64,000 bases of DNA from Oscillatoriales cyanobacterium (GCA_004292955.1 RDXX01000023.1:7673-71672); one strand, 5' to 3'. Counted from the first letter of the stretch, positions 39,515 to 50,326 are shown. Program-made: numbers and translations. The notes: generated from the sequence alone by a model not told the origin.

Positions 39515-39982
39515 CTAAAATTGCTTCATCGCGCGTTCCATATCCCGCTTGTCTTCGCGTTTCTTCAAATCTTCGCGCTTGTCGTGCAGTTTTTTCCCTT
39601 TTCCCAAACCGATATCAAGTTTTACCCAGCCACCTTTCAAATACATTTTTAACGGCACTAAAGTCAAACCTTTTTCTTCCACTTTGCCGATTAATTTGCG
39701 AATTTCCTGCTTGTGCATCAGCAATTTGCGGGTGCGGCGAGGCTCGTGATTAAAATAGTTGCTAGCACTTCTCCACGGCGAAATATGAACGTTAATCAGC
39801 CATATTTCGCCATTTTTAACCAAAGCATATCCGTCCCGCAAATTCGCTTTTCCTTCCCGAATCGATTTGACTTCGGTTCCCTTTAACTCGATTCCCACTT
39901 GATATGTATCTATAATTTCATACAAATGGCGCGCTTGTCGGTTGTCGCTAAGAATTTTGTATCCTGTACTTTTTTCGCTCAT
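39515..39982 (-). CDS. smpB: SsrA-binding protein
   Basis: DNRQARHLY...GIELKGTEVKSIREGK...RKLLMHKQEI. Confidence 0.98.
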   Translation of the reverse strand: MSEKSTGYKILSDNRQARHLYEIIDTYQVGIELKGTEVKSIREGKANLRDGYALVKNGEIWLINVHISPWRSASNYFNHEPRRTRKLLMHKQEIRKLIGKVEEKGLTLVPLKMYLKGGWVKLDIGLGKGKKLHDKREDLKKREDKRDMERAMKQF

Positions 39983-40120
39983 TTTTACCTCCGATTAAAT
40001 TATTATAAGGCTAACATTTATGTATAGAAAATAGAAGCTTGACAAAACTTAATTTACGGGTCTAGGCATTACCAATTTTGCTGAGCTAAGATTTCATCAA
40101 TGTGAATTTCAAGCGGTATC

Positions 40121-41671
40121 ATGCAGCGCACCAATATTCCAGATTCGGGAATTTCAGATTCTGTTAGTCCCCCTCAGGCGGTTAATTTGGTTTGGCTGGC
40201 TCCTTTTTTGCTGGCGCTTGCTTGGTTTTGGGCCAATATCTCGGCTGTTAAGTGGCTGTTATCGTCGTTTGTTGAGATACCGGCACTGTACAAGATAGCA
40301 ATTGGTTTTCTGATTGTAGCATTAGTAGTGCGATCGCCCCAACCGAGCGATCGCCCGCGCGCATTTTCCCGCAACTTCATTTTGAGGCGCAATCCGCTGC
40401 TGTTGATGTTGGGTGCAGGTGTTTTGGCGATCGCCACAGGGTGCATAATTAATATCCCACAAGTTAGCGTACTGCTATTTATCCTCGGAACTTACGGGCT
40501 GTGCGGCTTCTTTGCGGAACCGAATTTTTGGCAAAAAAACTTGCCAATTGCCGGCTTGCTGGCTTGTATTTTACCCTTCAGCAATCAGTTTAATAGCGGC
40601 CTCGGCTTGCCCGCGCGAGTGATGACTGCTCACGTAGTAGAACAGTTGCTCTCATTCCTGCACGTGGGAGCTATTTCTTCCTACGATATCCTGATTTTGG
40701 AAAACGGCATCGCTCACGTTGATATACCTTGCAGCGGCATTAAAACCCTATTAGTCGGGACGCTATTTTTGCTAGTGGCTACCTGGTTAGAAAGCCGAAA
40801 ATTAAGTTTTCAATGGCTGGCAGTATGCGCTGCTAACTTGTTAATGTTGCTGTCTGCTAACGCTTTGCGGGTTGTCGCGCTAGTGCTGGTTGCCCAAGTT
40901 TGGCAACAGCCAACCTATGCAGAAATCCTCCACGTACCACTGGGAATTGTAGGTTTAGTCTGCGGTTGTTTTGTAAGTTGGTTGATGCTGCAACAAGTTC
41001 CCAAATTTCAGCCAACAAAACAAATTGATTTCAACTCGCAACGAGATTCGGAAATACTGAAAAATCAGCCTCTGGCAAAAGCCGGACTAATTGTGACGGT
41101 GACTGTTTTAGCAGGAATTTCTCAATTGTATCATGTCGAAAGTACAAAAGTAGCGATCGCCCCTTTACAACTACCCCAACAAATTATATCCGAAGCAATC
41201 CCGCTGAATCCCAGCGAACAAAGATTCTTCGGCAATTACCCAGATACAAAAGCCGAAAAAAAGAGATTTGTCTCAGGTAACTTGCACGGTTCCCTCCTCG
41301 CAGTAGCCAGCACATCTTGGCAGACTTATCACGCACCAGAGTTGTGCTTTGTAACCAGTGGCATCTCCGTTAATCGAATAGAACAAAAACAGCTAACTCC
41401 TACCGTAACCGCTCGCTGGCTGTATCTCAAAGACAACCAACTATCCGCTGCATACTGGCTGCAATCTCAAGCGCAAACCACAGATAACTTCTTGTCGCGC
41501 ATCGGCAGCGACATCACCCATCGCAATCAGACTTGGGTGCTAGTTTCCATTCTTTTTGACAGTTTCGTAAATCCTGAAAATTCCGAGGTACAAGAGTTTA
41601 CTGCTAACGTACATAATGCTGTCAAACAAAGCTTAAAAGGAGCAAAAAATGAAAGCAAAGCAGGTATTTGA
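40121..41671 (+). CDS. xrtO: Exosortase O
   Basis: Multi-TM protein with VDIPCSG catalytic Cys, ANALR, EILHVPLG and C-terminal HAPELC; directly upstream of a PEP-CTERM protein. Confidence 0.8.
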   Translation: MQRTNIPDSGISDSVSPPQAVNLVWLAPFLLALAWFWANISAVKWLLSSFVEIPALYKIAIGFLIVALVVRSPQPSDRPRAFSRNFILRRNPLLLMLGAGVLAIATGCIINIPQVSVLLFILGTYGLCGFFAEPNFWQKNLPIAGLLACILPFSNQFNSGLGLPARVMTAHVVEQLLSFLHVGAISSYDILILENGIAHVDIPCSGIKTLLVGTLFLLVATWLESRKLSFQWLAVCAANLLMLLSANALRVVALVLVAQVWQQPTYAEILHVPLGIVGLVCGCFVSWLMLQQVPKFQPTKQIDFNSQRDSEILKNQPLAKAGLIVTVTVLAGISQLYHVESTKVAIAPLQLPQQIISEAIPLNPSEQRFFGNYPDTKAEKKRFVSGNLHGSLLAVASTSWQTYHAPELCFVTSGISVNRIEQKQLTPTVTARWLYLKDNQLSAAYWLQSQAQTTDNFLSRIGSDITHRNQTWVLVSILFDSFVNPENSEVQEFTANVHNAVKQSLKGAKNESKAGI

Positions 41672-44513
41672 TGCAATTTTTAGAATTGTTTTTTGGGTGT
41701 GGAACCTGACATTTTTGTCAACTGTTTATCTAGGAATTTTGCCATACCTAGCAATTCCGTTAATCCAAGCAACAATAGACGGAATTATTCCCCTTGAATT
41801 TTCCTTAACCCTAACAGCACTGATAGCAGTACCGACAGTGTTTACCATAGTAGGAGCAAGGCGCTTTCACAAGCAACCATTGCAGCTAATGCGCTTGTTT
41901 TACGGAGTAGAAGCGCCGTTGTTTTTGCTCTGCTTAATCAGGCTGTTTATGCTTCGAGAACTGAATCCAGCCAGCTCGCTAATTATCGCTACAATCGTTT
42001 TGTGCATTGCAGCATTTTTAGTAGAAATGCTGTACGGATATTTTGGGAAACAAGAAAATATTGAAGATATTTCAATATCTCAAGATGCTCGCAACAGAAA
42101 GTCCAGTTCTATTGGATTCATGGGAAACAAGCGAAGTGCGTGGATACAGTTAGCATTTCACAGCTTAATGCTGCTAGTTGGAACTTGGGCGGCAACCTTG
42201 CTGATGTTTTACGCTCTACCTGTCGCATTTACGCTGGTAGTTGGATTTTTAAGTTTTGCCTGGGTAGCACCACTGATTGATTCTCTAAAGTACACTTCAT
42301 TATCCATAATTTGGTGGCTACCATTATCCTTGATTCTGTTTGGTCTTACCTCCAGCTTGTTCGTAGTAATGCCTTCGCTTTACGGCTTTCTATACATCCA
42401 ATCTGGACGCAAAGTATTTCGCAGTTTTGCTTCCCAATACGGAAAGAATCAAGCAATCATGGGCAGCTTGGGAGTCATGGCTGCTTGGCTGGCAATTTTC
42501 GCAGCTTTGCTACAGCAGCCGCAAATTCAAGCCATGAAAATTCTGGCAACTCCCGCAGCAAATGACACTGCGCGTCAAACTTTATTAGCCAAGTCTGATA
42601 TGATTCGATCGGGCTTAGTTAATGCTTATTTATCTCCGTACCGCTATCTCAGCACTGTGGGAGAAAACAACCACATTTATGAGATGTACAAAAATACGTT
42701 CAGTTTGCCTAACACAGCGGCTCGCAACGTGCAGAACAGCTACAATTTTTTAATGTCGCCGTTTTTGTATCAAGGCTCTGATTCCGATGTTAAAAAAGCC
42801 GAAAAACTCTACGCTGGATTCTTCGATACCGAAATTCAAAAAGGTGACACGGAAGCAGTAAAGCACGCAGTGCAGTCAACATCTAACCGCCAAGAAGCTA
42901 AGGCAGGTTTGCTGAATGTCAATGAGGAAAAAGTATGGTTGCAGTCGCAAGAAGTTACAATCACAGAAAAGGGCGATTGGGCTGATGTTCAACTCTACGA
43001 AGTTTACAAAAATCAAACGCCGAACTTGCAAGAAGTATTTTATTACTTTTCACTGCCGGAAAGCGCCGCAGTTACAGGAGTTTGGCTGGGCGATACTGGG
43101 GATTTGAAAAGGCGTTTTGCATTTAGTGTGTCGCCCAGAGGTGCTGCACAGCAAGTTTACAACCAGCAGGTGAGAGAAAATGTAGACCCGGCTTTGCTCG
43201 AACAAGTTGGCCCGAAACAATACCGCTTGCGAGCTTTTCCAATTCCGGCTAAACGAGAGTTTTCGCGCACGCAAACTGATGGGCCAACGGAAATGCACTT
43301 GTGGCTGACTTACAAAGTGATGCGACAACCACAGGGTTGGGCGATGCCTGTTTTAGCAGAAAAACGTAACATTTATTGGGATGGAAATACTCGCCGCACA
43401 ATTGCCGGAAAACAGGTAAATTACAAAGGAAAAGAGGCAAAAGAAACTTGGTTGCCGAGTTTTGTGCTAGCAGTTTCCCGGCAGCAAGCAATACCGCGTC
43501 TGGCAAATTTTCCGGGAGAAAATACGATTTCTGCTAAGCCACTGGTTGATGCAAATTATTCGCTACCGCAGGGCAAAAAGTTTGCAGTTATTCTGGATAC
43601 TTCCCGCAGTATGACGGGGAAAACAAAGGAGGTTAAGGAGACTTTTGAATGGTTGAAAGCGAATAGTTTAAAAGCAAATACGGTTGATTTGTATGTGGGG
43701 AGTGCTGCGGGGATGCCGCCGAAGTTGGTGGAAGATTTGGGGAGTTTTGATGTTGGAAAGTTGACGTTTTATGGTACGCTCCAACTTAAGGATATTCTGC
43801 AACAGTTTGCACAGTTACGCGCCGATCGCACTTATGATACTGTATTCTTGGTGAGCGATCGCCACAGCTATGAGTTATCCGACGATCGCAAAACCAGCGT
43901 TTCCATGCCCTCACCCCTATGGACTGTGCATTTGGGAGGCTTACCACCGGCTTACGATGATGGAACTTTAAAGCTGATTCAAGATAGCGGTGGCGGAGTT
44001 TCTACCGATATCAAAGAGGCGATGCAGCGAGTGGCGACGACAGCATCATCAGGGAAATCTGCAATTAGTGTTGTTGATGGCTATGTTTGGAGTTATGCCA
44101 AAACTCCCAAGTCGGCGGCGGTTGCGAAAATAACTGATGATGAAAATGAAGGTTTTAAACCGATAGCTGCGCGGCAGTTGATAACCGCCCTTAGCAAAGA
44201 GAAAACTTCCAATCAGTTGACTCAGTTGGATGCAATGCACTCGCTAGCTAAAACTTTTAAAGTCGTCACGCCTTATTCTTCGATGATTGTGCTAGTTAAT
44301 GACGCGCAAAGGGCGCAGCTAAAGGCGGCGGAAGCTAAGAGCGATCGATTTGAAAGAAAGATAGAATCGGGTAAGGAGGAGTTGACGAAACCGAACAATC
44401 CTTTGAATGTTTCTGGGGTTCCGGAACCGGAAGAATGGCTGCTTTTGATCGTTGGGGCGATCGGGCTTTTGGGGGTTTTCCTCCGTCAGCGGCGCGCCAA
44501 AGTGATAGGTTGA
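41649..44513 (+). CDS. PEP-CTERM integral membrane protein (TIGR02921-like; VIT/vWA-like middle region)
   Basis: N-terminal TM block, LPESAAVTG/DPALLEQ, ILDTSRSM, C-terminal VPEPEEW-hydrophobic-RQRR. Confidence 0.85.
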   Translation: MKAKQVFDAIFRIVFWVWNLTFLSTVYLGILPYLAIPLIQATIDGIIPLEFSLTLTALIAVPTVFTIVGARRFHKQPLQLMRLFYGVEAPLFLLCLIRLFMLRELNPASSLIIATIVLCIAAFLVEMLYGYFGKQENIEDISISQDARNRKSSSIGFMGNKRSAWIQLAFHSLMLLVGTWAATLLMFYALPVAFTLVVGFLSFAWVAPLIDSLKYTSLSIIWWLPLSLILFGLTSSLFVVMPSLYGFLYIQSGRKVFRSFASQYGKNQAIMGSLGVMAAWLAIFAALLQQPQIQAMKILATPAANDTARQTLLAKSDMIRSGLVNAYLSPYRYLSTVGENNHIYEMYKNTFSLPNTAARNVQNSYNFLMSPFLYQGSDSDVKKAEKLYAGFFDTEIQKGDTEAVKHAVQSTSNRQEAKAGLLNVNEEKVWLQSQEVTITEKGDWADVQLYEVYKNQTPNLQEVFYYFSLPESAAVTGVWLGDTGDLKRRFAFSVSPRGAAQQVYNQQVRENVDPALLEQVGPKQYRLRAFPIPAKREFSRTQTDGPTEMHLWLTYKVMRQPQGWAMPVLAEKRNIYWDGNTRRTIAGKQVNYKGKEAKETWLPSFVLAVSRQQAIPRLANFPGENTISAKPLVDANYSLPQGKKFAVILDTSRSMTGKTKEVKETFEWLKANSLKANTVDLYVGSAAGMPPKLVEDLGSFDVGKLTFYGTLQLKDILQQFAQLRADRTYDTVFLVSDRHSYELSDDRKTSVSMPSPLWTVHLGGLPPAYDDGTLKLIQDSGGGVSTDIKEAMQRVATTASSGKSAISVVDGYVWSYAKTPKSAAVAKITDDENEGFKPIAARQLITALSKEKTSNQLTQLDAMHSLAKTFKVVTPYSSMIVLVNDAQRAQLKAAEAKSDRFERKIESGKEELTKPNNPLNVSGVPEPEEWLLLIVGAIGLLGVFLRQRRAKVIG

Positions 44514-44761
44514 AAAGTGCGGTGGTTTAAAGTTAATTAACTCCTTCCCAAGCGATGTGCTTGGGAAAGAGTCATATCATGTCCGCTCTATTACCATAAC
44601 AAAAACAGTTTGTAGTGCGTCGGGAGTGTCCTCCGCATGAAAGCTGACTGAAGTCCGCACTACGAACCAATCTGATTGTGCTTAATTACTCGGACACCAT
44701 ATGAACCCCAGATGCCAGTTCAAAACTTTAATCCGCCACCACCAAGCACCAGTAAAGTCGA

Positions 44762-45232
44762 TTAACGCTCGATCAAAATTGCTTTCGGTTTCTGAGAATC
44801 CAGGAGAGAAGTGGAAAGCAGAATTACCAGATCTCCTGTTTCATTTTGACCGTGATGCACCATACCCCCTGCCTCAACTAAAGAATCTCCCACCGTCAGA
44901 CGAGTAGTTTGGCCCGCGTCTAGGGTTTCTTCTTTACCATTGGCGCGTTTAATTTTCGCGATTCCCTGGACAACAGTATAGGTGAGTGTCCCCAATTCAA
45001 CTTTGAAAATTTGCATCCCTGGATGAACGTGAGGCAGCAGTTTTGCCATACCAGGAATGGTATAACGTACTAATTCTAAAATTCTACCTTCTGCCTCACT
45101 AGGATAACCACTCGCGAAGACTTCCCGTTTCACGGTTTGACTATAGGTATTGATAGGTGGTGGTGTTTGCTGACTTCTGACAATTGCAACTGTTCCCAAG
45201 CTAATCATCACCATCAAAAAAAAAACAGGCAT
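44762..45232 (-). CDS. Secreted cupin-like protein
   Basis: Signal peptide; HVHPG...E and H motifs. Confidence 0.75.
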   Translation of the reverse strand: MPVFFLMVMISLGTVAIVRSQQTPPPINTYSQTVKREVFASGYPSEAEGRILELVRYTIPGMAKLLPHVHPGMQIFKVELGTLTYTVVQGIAKIKRANGKEETLDAGQTTRLTVGDSLVEAGGMVHHGQNETGDLVILLSTSLLDSQKPKAILIER

Positions 45233-45295
45233 AGTTTTTTCATGATTTTATTTGTTGGAATATCTGGTTTTCCGTCCCTAGTTGAGATTTTATCT

Positions 45296-45335
45296 TTGAC
45301 GCTCCTTGCCGCGTGAAGGTACGAGGAGTATGAAC
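45296..45335 (-). mobile_element. Degenerate IS200/IS605-type right end (ends GGAGCGTCAA on minus strand)
   Basis: Resembles the end at 37154-37190. Confidence 0.4.
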
Positions 45336-45365
45336 ACTATTGAGAATGTTTGTTGGGTTATAAAA

Positions 45366-45504
45366 CAATACGGTTTACTTAACACTATTTATGCCCGGAG
45401 ATCACCCTAAATCCCCCGCATCGTTGCGGGGACTTTAAGAGCTTCTTGTCCCCCCCGCATCTCCCGGGGGGTTAGGGGGGATCTGTCTTAAGTGAACCGT
45501 ATTG
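45366..45504. mobile_element. 139-bp MITE with 17-bp TIRs and 10-bp target-site duplication
   Basis: TIR CAATACGGTTTACTTAA / TTAAGTGAACCGTATTG; GGTTATAAAA at 45356-45365 and 45505-45514. Confidence 0.9.
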
Positions 45505-45516
45505 GGTTATAAAATT

Positions 45517-45662
45517 ACTGGTATCACGCTCGGAACCCTTCTATTAAATGCGTGGGACTTTGTAATTTACCAGGCAACTCAGATTCTTATGCTCTGCCTT
45601 GTTTGGCTCCCATGTCGGCAAAGCCTCCCGGCGCTAGCAGGTTTGTGTTGGAAACAGCACAT
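45517..45662. ncRNA. Candidate structured non-coding RNA (6S-like rod or transposon-derived RNA)
   Basis: Hand-folded long irregular hairpin with internal loops; family not confirmed. Confidence 0.3.
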
Positions 45663-45857
45663 AATAAGATTTTGACAAATTGTTGTTACGGTTATTAACG
45701 GTTATTAACTATATAAAAAATATCTATCTTAAGGCATAGATTGCCAGACACGGTGCCGTGCCGTGTCCCTACAGGTAAAAACCTCTAATTTATTTTTCTT
45801 ATTTTTTTATTCTTATGAGATTTTGTTTCAAATTGGTATGAATAAATGACTGATGAA

Positions 45858-46166
45858 TCATGATTCATTGATGTCAACAAAAACGATTTCGCCCTCAATC
45901 TTTACGGGATAAGACTCTAGGGAATCACTCGGTGCATTCAAACATTTACCAGTATCTAACTTGAATTGAAATTTATGAAAGGGACAGGTAATGATGCCAT
46001 TACTTACTTTCCCCATATCGATCGGATATTCTAAATGAGTGCAAGCATTGCGGTAACAAGTGACATTCGCACCTTGGCGATTCAAAATTAGTGAAATTCC
46101 TTCAACTTTTACCTTCAAAATATCCCGTTCGGGAATCTGATTTAGCGCTGTTACGTCTACCCACAT
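45858..46166 (-). CDS. Rieske (2Fe-2S) ferredoxin
   Basis: CTH and CPFH ligand motifs. Confidence 0.92.
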   Translation of the reverse strand: MWVDVTALNQIPERDILKVKVEGISLILNRQGANVTCYRNACTHLEYPIDMGKVSNGIITCPFHKFQFKLDTGKCLNAPSDSLESYPVKIEGEIVFVDINES

Positions 46167-46219
46167 AAAATATTTTTTCTGAGTTGTCTATACTTTTCTA
46201 TTTCCATATATATCATACC

Positions 46220-46888
46220 CTACGGATGAATCTGACTCAAAATCACCCGCAACCGATCGTAATCATCCTTCAACAAAACACTTAAATTCCTGCCCGCTTC
46301 CACCAACCAAGATCGATCGCGCATTCGCAACTGATAAATCTCCCGAATCGTCGCAGCCGTCAGCGCATCCACAGGCGCATTCGTCACTCCCAGCAGCGTC
46401 CTCAAAAAATCCAACTGCACCGTAAAATCAATCACCTCATCCGGTTCGCAGCGATAAACCGCTTGGTGAATTTGCGGCGGGCGCGGCGGCAAATACTGAT
46501 AAATTGTACCCCTCGATGGGCCGTGGCCGTTCAACCTTTCCGGTGGCTTCTCAAACCCCACAAGCGCCACTCGAAACTCGGTTTTCAGCATCGCAAAAAT
46601 CTGCGGTTGTTCTTCCCGCAACTCTTCCAGCGATAAACCCAAAGCCCTAGCTCTGTGCACCGAGTCGATCGGGCTAGTGGTAGCATGGTAAACTACGCCG
46701 TAGATTTGATTTTTTGACTCTTCATCTTCCGCCTTCACCCAACTCCCAAAAGGTGGCATCACCGGAAAACTCAAGTCATCCGGTTCCAAGCATTGAGCCA
46801 AAAACTCTGTAGTTGCCGTCTCGATGACTTCAGCAATGCGATCGGGATGCCGCTCTTTTGTTCCAAATTGGGGTAAAGGTAAACGCAT
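46220..46888 (-). CDS. HAS-barrel domain protein
   Basis: IAEVIETATTEFLAQC...PPFGSWVK...QYLPPRPPQIHQAV, typical of the cyanobacterial family. Confidence 0.75.
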   Translation of the reverse strand: MRLPLPQFGTKERHPDRIAEVIETATTEFLAQCLEPDDLSFPVMPPFGSWVKAEDEESKNQIYGVVYHATTSPIDSVHRARALGLSLEELREEQPQIFAMLKTEFRVALVGFEKPPERLNGHGPSRGTIYQYLPPRPPQIHQAVYRCEPDEVIDFTVQLDFLRTLLGVTNAPVDALTAATIREIYQLRMRDRSWLVEAGRNLSVLLKDDYDRLRVILSQIHP

Positions 46889-47058
46889 ATTAGTCAGTTG
46901 ACAGTTGACAGTTGACAGTTGGCAGTTGGCAGTTGGCAGTTGGCAGTTGGCGGTTAGCAGTTGGTTATTTATTATTTGTTATTTGTGAGTGGGTACTAAT
47001 AACCAATAACCAATAACTAATAACAAATAACAACTGACTAATGACCGCTGACTAATGA

Positions 47059-47250
47059 CTATTTCGCGCGACCAGCCGTAGCATCCACAATATCCAATTG
47101 CGATAAGCGGAACGTGATCAGCTTGTCCCAATTGCCACCTTCAAACAATACCGCGACTTTCCCGTCGGTAACTCGCTGCACAAGTCCTTGAAAGCCGTAG
47201 TAAATCTCGCCCTTATCTTTAACTCGAACTGCCGAACCTGGAAAAATCAT
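47059..47250 (-). CDS. ndhS: NDH-1 subunit S
   Basis: [31 protein letters not shown]. Confidence 0.95.
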   Translation of the reverse strand: MIFPGSAVRVKDKGEIYYGFQGLVQRVTDGKVAVLFEGGNWDKLITFRLSQLDIVDATAGRAK

Positions 47251-47448
47251 AATTCTTTGAATGTTAAGTTTGCTCTTTATAGCTTACCGTTTCTCGTTTC
47301 TAGTTCCCAAGCAGAGCTCGGGAATTAGGCAAACCTTCGCCAACAGGAGACAAAGCTGGGAAACGAAAGTTTGTGAGACTTCTCCCAAAAACTGTTGTGG
47401 GGCAGGCCGGAGAGCCTGCCCTTGACGAACTTTTGGATGAGATGTCTA

Positions 47449-48534
47449 TTAGGCTAGGGCTGCTACAGAAACTTTACCAGCAATGCGACCCGCGATCGCC
47501 CGCAACTCCCTCGCCGAAGCAGAACCCGGTTGTCCCACGACAATTGGCACACCGGAATCGCCACCTTCCCGCAGCGGAATTTCCAGCGGAATGCGGCCTA
47601 ACAGCGGCACTCCCAACTCTGCCGCCGTCCTTTCGCCGCCGCCGGAACCGAAAATATCGTATTGCTTGTCAGGCATATCCGGCGGCACAAAATAACTCAT
47701 ATTTTCCACAATTCCCAACACCGACACTCCCAACTGTTGGAACATCTTCAACCCCTTGCGGGAGTCCAACAAAGCCACCGTCTGCGGCGTCGTCACAATC
47801 ACCACACCAGCCATCGGCACCGCTTGGGCCATTGTCAACTGCGCGTCTCCAGTACCCGGAGGCATATCGACAATCAGATAATCTAAATCGCCCCAATTCA
47901 CCTGGTAGAGGAACTGTCGGATGATTCCGTTCAACATCGGGCCGCGCCAAATTACAGGCTGGTCTTTCTCAATTAAAAACGCCATCGACACTAATTTGAC
48001 GCCGTAGTTGAATGCGGGTTCGAGGCTTTCTCCGCTTTTTCCATCCCTAACCATTACTTTCGCGTCCCCCAAACCCAACATATTTGGGTCGTTGGGCCCA
48101 TAGATATCGGCATCCAGCAAACCCACCTTTGCGCCGGTTTGCGCCAGGGCTACTGCCACATTCACCGCCACCGTGCTTTTGCCGACGCCCCCTTTGCCGC
48201 TGGAAATTGCGATAATATTTTTAACGCCTTCTATGCCTTGGCGATCGACCACTCCCTTCTGCTGGGGAGTCTCGGCTGTCACCTCCACAGCCACTTTTTC
48301 GACTCCTGGCAACTGTTTGACCGCTTTTTGGCAATCTTCGACAATAAATTCTCGCAGCGGGCAAGCAGGCGTTGTCAGCACTAAAGTAAAACTGACGACT
48401 CCGCCGTCAATTTTGATGTTACGAATCATGTTCAATTCCACCAAACTTTTTTGCAGTTCGGGGTCTTGCACAGGTCGCAGGATTTCTAAGACTGAACTAA
48501 TATCGAGTGTACTGGGCATTGTGTTCTCCACCAT
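47449..48534 (-). CDS. mrp: Mrp/NBP35-family Fe-S scaffold ATPase
   Basis: SGKGGVGKST, DADIYGP, WRGPM, DMPPGTGD. Confidence 0.95.
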   Translation of the reverse strand: MVENTMPSTLDISSVLEILRPVQDPELQKSLVELNMIRNIKIDGGVVSFTLVLTTPACPLREFIVEDCQKAVKQLPGVEKVAVEVTAETPQQKGVVDRQGIEGVKNIIAISSGKGGVGKSTVAVNVAVALAQTGAKVGLLDADIYGPNDPNMLGLGDAKVMVRDGKSGESLEPAFNYGVKLVSMAFLIEKDQPVIWRGPMLNGIIRQFLYQVNWGDLDYLIVDMPPGTGDAQLTMAQAVPMAGVVIVTTPQTVALLDSRKGLKMFQQLGVSVLGIVENMSYFVPPDMPDKQYDIFGSGGGERTAAELGVPLLGRIPLEIPLREGGDSGVPIVVGQPGSASARELRAIAGRIAGKVSVAALA

Positions 48535-48708
48535 AGCTCTGCAATTGTGTCAGTGAATGTTCGATCGCAAGTTTAAGTATATTTTTATTGCTATTTTTTA
48601 ATGTAACTTCATAGCGATCATTTGCAGACCTGCGGTGGCATAATTACATGGCGACTGGATTTGGCAATCATCACCATCTAAGATTCAAATCTGACAACAG
48701 AAAATTTT

Positions 48709-49752
48709 ATGACAGTTTCTACAACACTTAAAACCACGACTTCTCCGTTTTTGCCGCCCGCTGACTCTAGAGCTAGAGTCAGCCAATTTATGAAAAGCCT
48801 ACAAGACGAAATTTGTCAAGCCCTCGAACAGGTCGATGGCGGCGGCAAATTTAAAGAGGACTCTTGGGAACGCTCCGAAGGCGGGGGCGGACGTTCTCGC
48901 GTTATGCGCGAAGGCAATGTGTTTGAACAAGGCGGAGTTAATTTTTCCCAAGTTTGGGGCGAAAGTTTGCCTGCTTTGATTCTGACCAAGCACCCAGAAG
49001 CTGCCGGTCACGATTTCTACGCCACTGGTACTTCGATGGTGCTGCACCCCCGCAATCCCTACTTGCCTACGGTTCACCTGAATTACCGTTATTTTGAAGC
49101 GGGCCCGATTTGGTGGTTTGGTGGTGGTGTCGATTTGACTCCTTATTACCTGTTGGATGAGGATGCAGCTCATTTTCACAAAACTCTGAAATCAGCTTGC
49201 GACAAACACCACTCGGACTATTACCAGACATTTAAACTCTGGTGCGACGAATATTTTTACCTGCCCCACCGCCAAGAAACTCGCGGTATCGGCGGCCTGT
49301 TTTTTGACTACCAAAACGCTCAAGGCCCGCTTTACCGCGACCAAAATGTCAAAGGGAAAGCTGCTGAGTACAGCAAAAATGTCGGAAACCCGGAGCCTAG
49401 AAGCTGGGAGTCGCTGTTCGCCTTCATACAGGACTGCGGCCGCGCATTTTTGCCGGCTTACACCCCAATTGTTGAAAAACATCGATCGAAAGCATACGGC
49501 GAGCGCGAGCGCGATTTCCAACTTTACCGCCGCGGCCGTTACGTTGAATTTAACTTAGTGTACGATCGGGGCACGACCTTTGGCTTACAGACCAACGGAC
49601 GCACCGAATCGATTCTGATGTCCCTGCCACCTCTGGTACGCTGGGAGTATTGTTTCGAGCCAGAACCCAACTCTCCAGAAGCCGAACTCTACTCAAAGTT
49701 CTTAAAACCGCAAGATTGGGCGAATTGGATGCCTCAGCAGTCACCGACGTGA
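48709..49752 (+). CDS. hemF: Oxygen-dependent coproporphyrinogen III oxidase
   Basis: [43 protein letters not shown]. Confidence 0.98.
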   Translation: MTVSTTLKTTTSPFLPPADSRARVSQFMKSLQDEICQALEQVDGGGKFKEDSWERSEGGGGRSRVMREGNVFEQGGVNFSQVWGESLPALILTKHPEAAGHDFYATGTSMVLHPRNPYLPTVHLNYRYFEAGPIWWFGGGVDLTPYYLLDEDAAHFHKTLKSACDKHHSDYYQTFKLWCDEYFYLPHRQETRGIGGLFFDYQNAQGPLYRDQNVKGKAAEYSKNVGNPEPRSWESLFAFIQDCGRAFLPAYTPIVEKHRSKAYGERERDFQLYRRGRYVEFNLVYDRGTTFGLQTNGRTESILMSLPPLVRWEYCFEPEPNSPEAELYSKFLKPQDWANWMPQQSPT

Positions 49753-49789
49753 GTTAAACTACTGAGAAAGTCCTTAGCTAGCAATTAAG

Positions 49790-50295
49790 TAGACAGAATG
49801 GTAAACTTTTACACAAACACTCATAGTGTGCCATGTTCAAACCCTGCGCGATTTGCGAAAAAGCTTGGACTTTCAGTATCAAGTCACTACTTACTTATGC
49901 AAAAACCACGCAACTATAAGTAGAAGATTTAAATGTTGATCGGATGCCAAAAAATCACAAACTAGCGCAGGCAATAGCTGACTGTGGATTCTCTGAATTC
50001 AAGCGTCACCTAGAATATAAGGCGAAAAAGTTTGGTTGTGAAATAATCATTGCTGACCGCTGGTTTCCGCCCTTGCAAAACAATAGTCAAGCTGTGGGCA
50101 TATCCAAGATATGCCACTGAAAGAAAGAACCTTCAACTGCGAAAGTTGTGGTAATTCGATGGACAGAGACTTGAAGGCAGCGATTAATTTATCACGCTTG
50201 GCTAAAGCGCGAAAGCTTACTGAGGGATAACCGCTCCCATGCTCCCTGTGAAGTAAGAAGCAAATGTCTAGACTTGTCTAGTATTTGTATAGCAG
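49790..50295 (+). pseudogene. tnpB: Internally deleted IS607/IS605-type element with frameshifted tnpB 3' fragment and right end
   Basis: Manual translation over two frameshifts: DFQYQVTTYLCKNH / VEDLNV...CGFSEFKRHLEYKA...DRWFP / CGH...FNCESCG..MDRDLKAAINL, followed by TGTCTAGACTTGTCTAG...ATAGCAG; left boundary approximate. Confidence 0.85.
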
Positions 50296-50326
50296 AAAGT
50301 AACCACCGCGATAAATAGTAATAAAT

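Noticed and set aside
39000-40120. tmRNA gene near smpB
   Set aside because: No GGGGCTG-type acceptor stem or tag-peptide ORF seen
47373-47924. 183-aa minus-strand ORF
   Set aside because: Alternative frame overlapping mrp; no motifs
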